Origin: Malacoraja senta
Taxonomy: Eukaryota
Assembly (NCBI GenBank): GCA_038087875.1
Contig: CM075994.1
Coordinates: forward strand, 372,001-436,000
Direction of reading: 5' to 3'
Length of the DNA stretch: 64,000 nt
Shown piece by piece: positions 60,130 through 64,000 of this stretch. A program made the position numbers and the translations under genes. The notes under the pieces are model-generated. The model was not told where the DNA came from, did no database searches, and worked only from the letters and a program-made list of their open reading frames with translations. Every line of letters starts with the position of its first letter. The first letter of the stretch is position 1.

Positions 60130-63100
60130 CATACCGCATTTTTCTCCAATGTACCCCCAGATAGCCGGCACTTTCAGGGATGCACAATTTACAGGTATAT
60201 GGTGTTTGCAGCTGTTTCAACCATCACCTCTTCCTGTAATTTTTTTTAAAATATTTTTATTTTATTAGAAGTAAATACAGTGATATGGCACCAAGGTGCC
60301 TAATATATATTGACATGTTGCATTTTATGTACAGCTTCTTATTTTTTTTAAAATAATGAAAGAGAAAAAGAGAGAATAGATAATAAAAGAAAAACGTGTG
60401 ATGTATGGTGTGTGAAAAGGAAAAAGGGGGAAAGAGGGAAAGTGAAGAAAAGAAAAGGAGAGAGTAAGAGAAAGAGTAGAGAGTAGGAAATTAAGAGATC
60501 GTTATTTATATTCTTGACCATCCTTCACCCAGTCCTGAAACAGTTAGTTTCTACGATTTTGTTGCACCATATGCTTCCAAAAAGTCGATAAATGGAGACC
60601 AACTCGTTAAGAATTGGTCTGATTTATCTATTAGGAGGAATCGCATTTCTTCAAGATGTGCGGTGTCCAACATGTTTGAAATCCACATTTTAAGCATTGG
60701 TATGGGTGTATCTTTCCAAAATTTAAGTATACATTTTTTTGCCGTTATTAACCCATAATTAAAAAATGAATTTTGAAATGTGTTCAATTTGTTCCCGTCT
60801 TCCATTACTCCAAATATAATCATTTCAGTATTAGGTTCCATTTTTATCTTGAATAATTTTGTAAATATTTCAAAAATATCACTCCAGAATTTATAAAGTT
60901 TTATGCAGGAAACAAAAGAGTGTGTTATAGTTGCATTTTGAGACAAACATTTATCACAAATGGGGGAAGTATTTGGATAGAATTTATGCAGTCTAATTTT
61001 TGAATAATATAATCTATGTAAAATTTTAAATTGAATTAAATTATGTCTTACATTAATCGAACATTTGTGTATATATATCAAATACTTTTCCCATGTTTCC
61101 TTCGTGATTTTAGCATTAATTCTCGTTCCCAGTCTTCTCTAAGTGCCTCTGTCGATGGTAGTTCTATATTTAAAATATTATTATATAAATATGATATTAA
61201 TTTCTGTGAGTCAGCCTTAATATTCATTGCTTCTTCCAGTGGGTCTAAAGTTATATTTTGATATCTTTGTATGTATTTCTTCATGAAGTCGCAGATGTGA
61301 AGATATTTAAAATATTGGTTCTTTTTTAGTTTAAATTTTAATTGTAATTGTTGTAATGATAACAGATTTCCCATTTTATACATATCACCGATCCTTTTAA
61401 TTCCCATTCTTTCCCATTGATTATATGTTTTATCAATAAGAGATGGTTTAAATGAAGGATTATTCACTATTGGCTTTAACAATGATAGGTTTCTAGATTT
61501 TAAAGATAATTTTATTTGCTTTCAAATTCTTATTGTATTATGTATAATTGGGTTATTCTTATATATTGTGTTGTTTAGTTTTATCAGGGAGAAGAGGATC
61601 GCTCCTATGTTACAAGGAGAACAATCCTCTTTCTCCATTCTTATCCATTCTGTCTGTTGGGTAGGACTGTCCAACCAATAAATTATATTCTTAATATGCA
61701 CTGCCCAATAATAATACAAAACGTTCGGAAGTGAAAGTCCCCCAACGTCTTTTGGTTTACACGTGTTTTCTTTGATTTCTATGTGATCTATAGTCCCAAA
61801 TAAAATTGGTAATATTAGAGTCTAGTTTTTTGAAAACGTTTTTGGGTATATATAATGGTATAGATTGAAGTAGGTATAATATTTGTGGTAAAAAGATCAT
61901 TTTTATAGCATTTATTCTGCCTATTAATGACAACGGAAGTGTTTTCCAGAATTTAATCAACGCATTCAGTTTATTTAATAAAGGCATAAAATTAGCATTA
62001 AATAATGCTTCGTATTTTCTAGTAATTTGAATACCCAAATACTTAAATTTTTCTGTTGCAATTTTAAAGGGGAATTTTAATAGGTGTGTAGATTCTTGAG
62101 GTTTTAACGTCATGATTTCACTTTTATTCAATTTATTCTATATCCAGAAAAAGAACCGAATTCCTCTATTAAATTTAATAAGTTTGGTATGCTCGTTTGT
62201 GAATTTGTAATGTATAGAAGTATATCGTCTGCGTATAATGAAATTTTATTATTTGATTCCTTAGTATTATATCCCCGAATATTCAGATGAATTCTTATAC
62301 TTTCAGCCAAGGGCTCTATCATAAGGGCAAATAGCAGGGGCGATAAAGCACATCCCTGCCTATTGCCCCTCGATAATTGAAATTTTGGAGATAATATATT
62401 ATTAGAAAATTTTCTTGCCGTCGGTTTATCATATAATAATTTTACCCATACAATAAAATTCTCTCCCATATTAAATTTTTGCAGTACTTTATATAAATAC
62501 TGCCACTCTACCTGATCAAATGCTTTCTCTGCGTCCAGAGAAACAATTGATATATCTTCTTCCTCCGTTTTATATGAGTACATTATATTAAACAGGCGTC
62601 TCAAATTATTAAATGAATATCTTTTGGGTATAAACCCCGTTTTATCTGGATTTATCAATTTACTAATGTATTTACTCAATCTTCTTGCTAAAGTCTTTGA
62701 TAAAATTTTCTGATCTGTATTTAAAAGTGATATAGCTCAATATGAGCCGGTTCTTCTAAATCTTTATCTTTTTTGGTATAAGCGTAATAGTTGATTCAGC
62801 TAATATTTCTGGTAGTTTATTTTCTTTAAAGGCATGAGTATATAAATTAAGTAAACGTGCAGCCGTTATTTCATGAAATCTTTTATAAAATTCGTTACTA
62901 AAACCATCTGGTCCAGCTCTTCCTGTAATTAATGCGACGTGGGGTAGTTTATGCTGGAAGCCAGCTCTTCTTGCAGCGGCTTCCCTGTTTGCGAGGGTAT
63001 CACAAACCTTGATGCCATGGCAGGCAATTCTTGAACCTCACGCATGTCATGCATTCCAGTATGTTCCACGGATATACCTCCGAATTCGGAGTCAGTCATA

Positions 63101-63641
63101 TACTGACCCCGTACGCTCCCCTCCTCAGAGTGGGAGATATTAAGCAGCCCTGGACCAGGTGCTGCTGCAGGCTCGCAAGGAGACCTGCGCTGATATGTCC
63201 CCGTTTCATGGAGCATAACATGATGGAGCATCCTTTCCATAAGGTGCTCCATCCAGGATAAACGCCCGAAGACGCCATCCAAGTTTGTAGGAGGAGAATC
63301 CTCCTGGCCTGACTCACCTGAGTACACAGGCCTCTCAGACATCCGTTTGGCTTTGCCCCCTTTCAGGGTCGCCAAAGTCTGAAGTCGCTGTCTGTGACTC
63401 GGACGGCGAAACCGACGGCTGCCGGATACCCGCACTCCCGCGGTCCTCCGTAGCCAGTTTCCCCGCGGCCCCTCTGGATTTTCGCCCTGGATTCATTATC
63501 CGTAGCAATCTGTAAAGAGAAATTTCCCACGAAAAAAACGATCTCAGAATAAGTTAAAAAAACTTACCTGCAGGATTTTAAAACTTACCGCTGAGAGGAG
63601 CGACGCTCCTCCCAGCCACTCACGTGACTTCGAAGTAAAAT
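60130..63641 (-). mobile_element. DIRS/Ngaro-type 5' end and ORF1 remnant, split by L1
   Basis: ...GKPLQEELASSINY continues across the L1 as LQEEVM...HIPVNCASLKVP; candidate terminus ATTTTACTTCGAAGTCACGTGAG. Confidence 0.65.
60242..62916 (-). mobile_element. 5'-truncated fish-type LINE-1
   Basis: SLDAEKAFD, RQGCALSP, LYADD; short polyA; 14-bp TSD CTCTTCCTGTAATT at 60228-60241 and 62917-62930. Confidence 0.95.
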
Positions 63642-64000
63642 TAACAATACTTTACAACACCCCATTCTATAACCAATCCTGATCATGCATTTGCAACCCT
63701 GCTCAGCTCTTTATTCCAACCCCTCATACATATTAACAATAGAGAGGACATCTGGACCTCACCTTGTACATACTTCCTCCCAGGGTCCAGACACCTGGGA
63801 GCCATGACTCATGGTTCTGCAGCTTTTCACAGAAAGAGAACAAGCAGGCTTTGCAAATACAGAGATTCTCCATTTTGTCACATATTTATTTGGCCTATAT
63901 TATCACTGGTGTGCTACTTTGTTCTTCAATCTTCAAGATTTATTTTCATTTTCATTCAAAATCTACAATTTTCAATGTGGTTGGTTAGTCCAGGAAAAAT

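Larger units (their letters stand above)
54635..64000. repeat. Second copy of block 47563-49675, expanded by insertions
   Basis: 54635-54823 ~ 47563-47760; 54824-55908 ~ 49152-49580; 63906-64000 ~ 49577-49671. Confidence 0.85.

Noticed and set aside
56255..62916. Single twin-primed inverted L1
   Set aside because: The two pieces cover the same ORF2 region, are clearly diverged, and the minus copy has its own TSD.

Overview
Eukaryotic, almost entirely repeat-derived DNA. The repeat set (CR1 LINEs with octamer tails, HE1/V-SINE-like SINEs, Penelope-like fragments, Rex1, fish-type L1, Tx1, Tc1, hAT, Harbinger, DIRS/Ngaro) suggests a cartilaginous fish, probably a skate or ray; this is an inference, not a database result. 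No intact host gene is visible. Host-derived traces are a minus-strand pseudogene of the fish septin/AIG1-like GTPase family (1265-1905), a duplicated 5' exon with a GTGAGT donor upstream of it, and a possible signal-peptide exon at 47.5 kb. Most notable structures: (1) a Harbinger-type element carrying inward-facing telomeric TTAGGG tracts on a perfect 49-bp inverted repeat; (2) a composite Pack-like hAT built from retroelement debris, with three copies here; (3) hammerhead-ribozyme motifs in Penelope-like repeats; (4) a CR1 chimera that switches subfamily at a shared motif; (5) a multiply nested DIRS/Ngaro element inside a local duplication. Boundaries were read by eye and are approximate unless a TSD or TIR is quoted.
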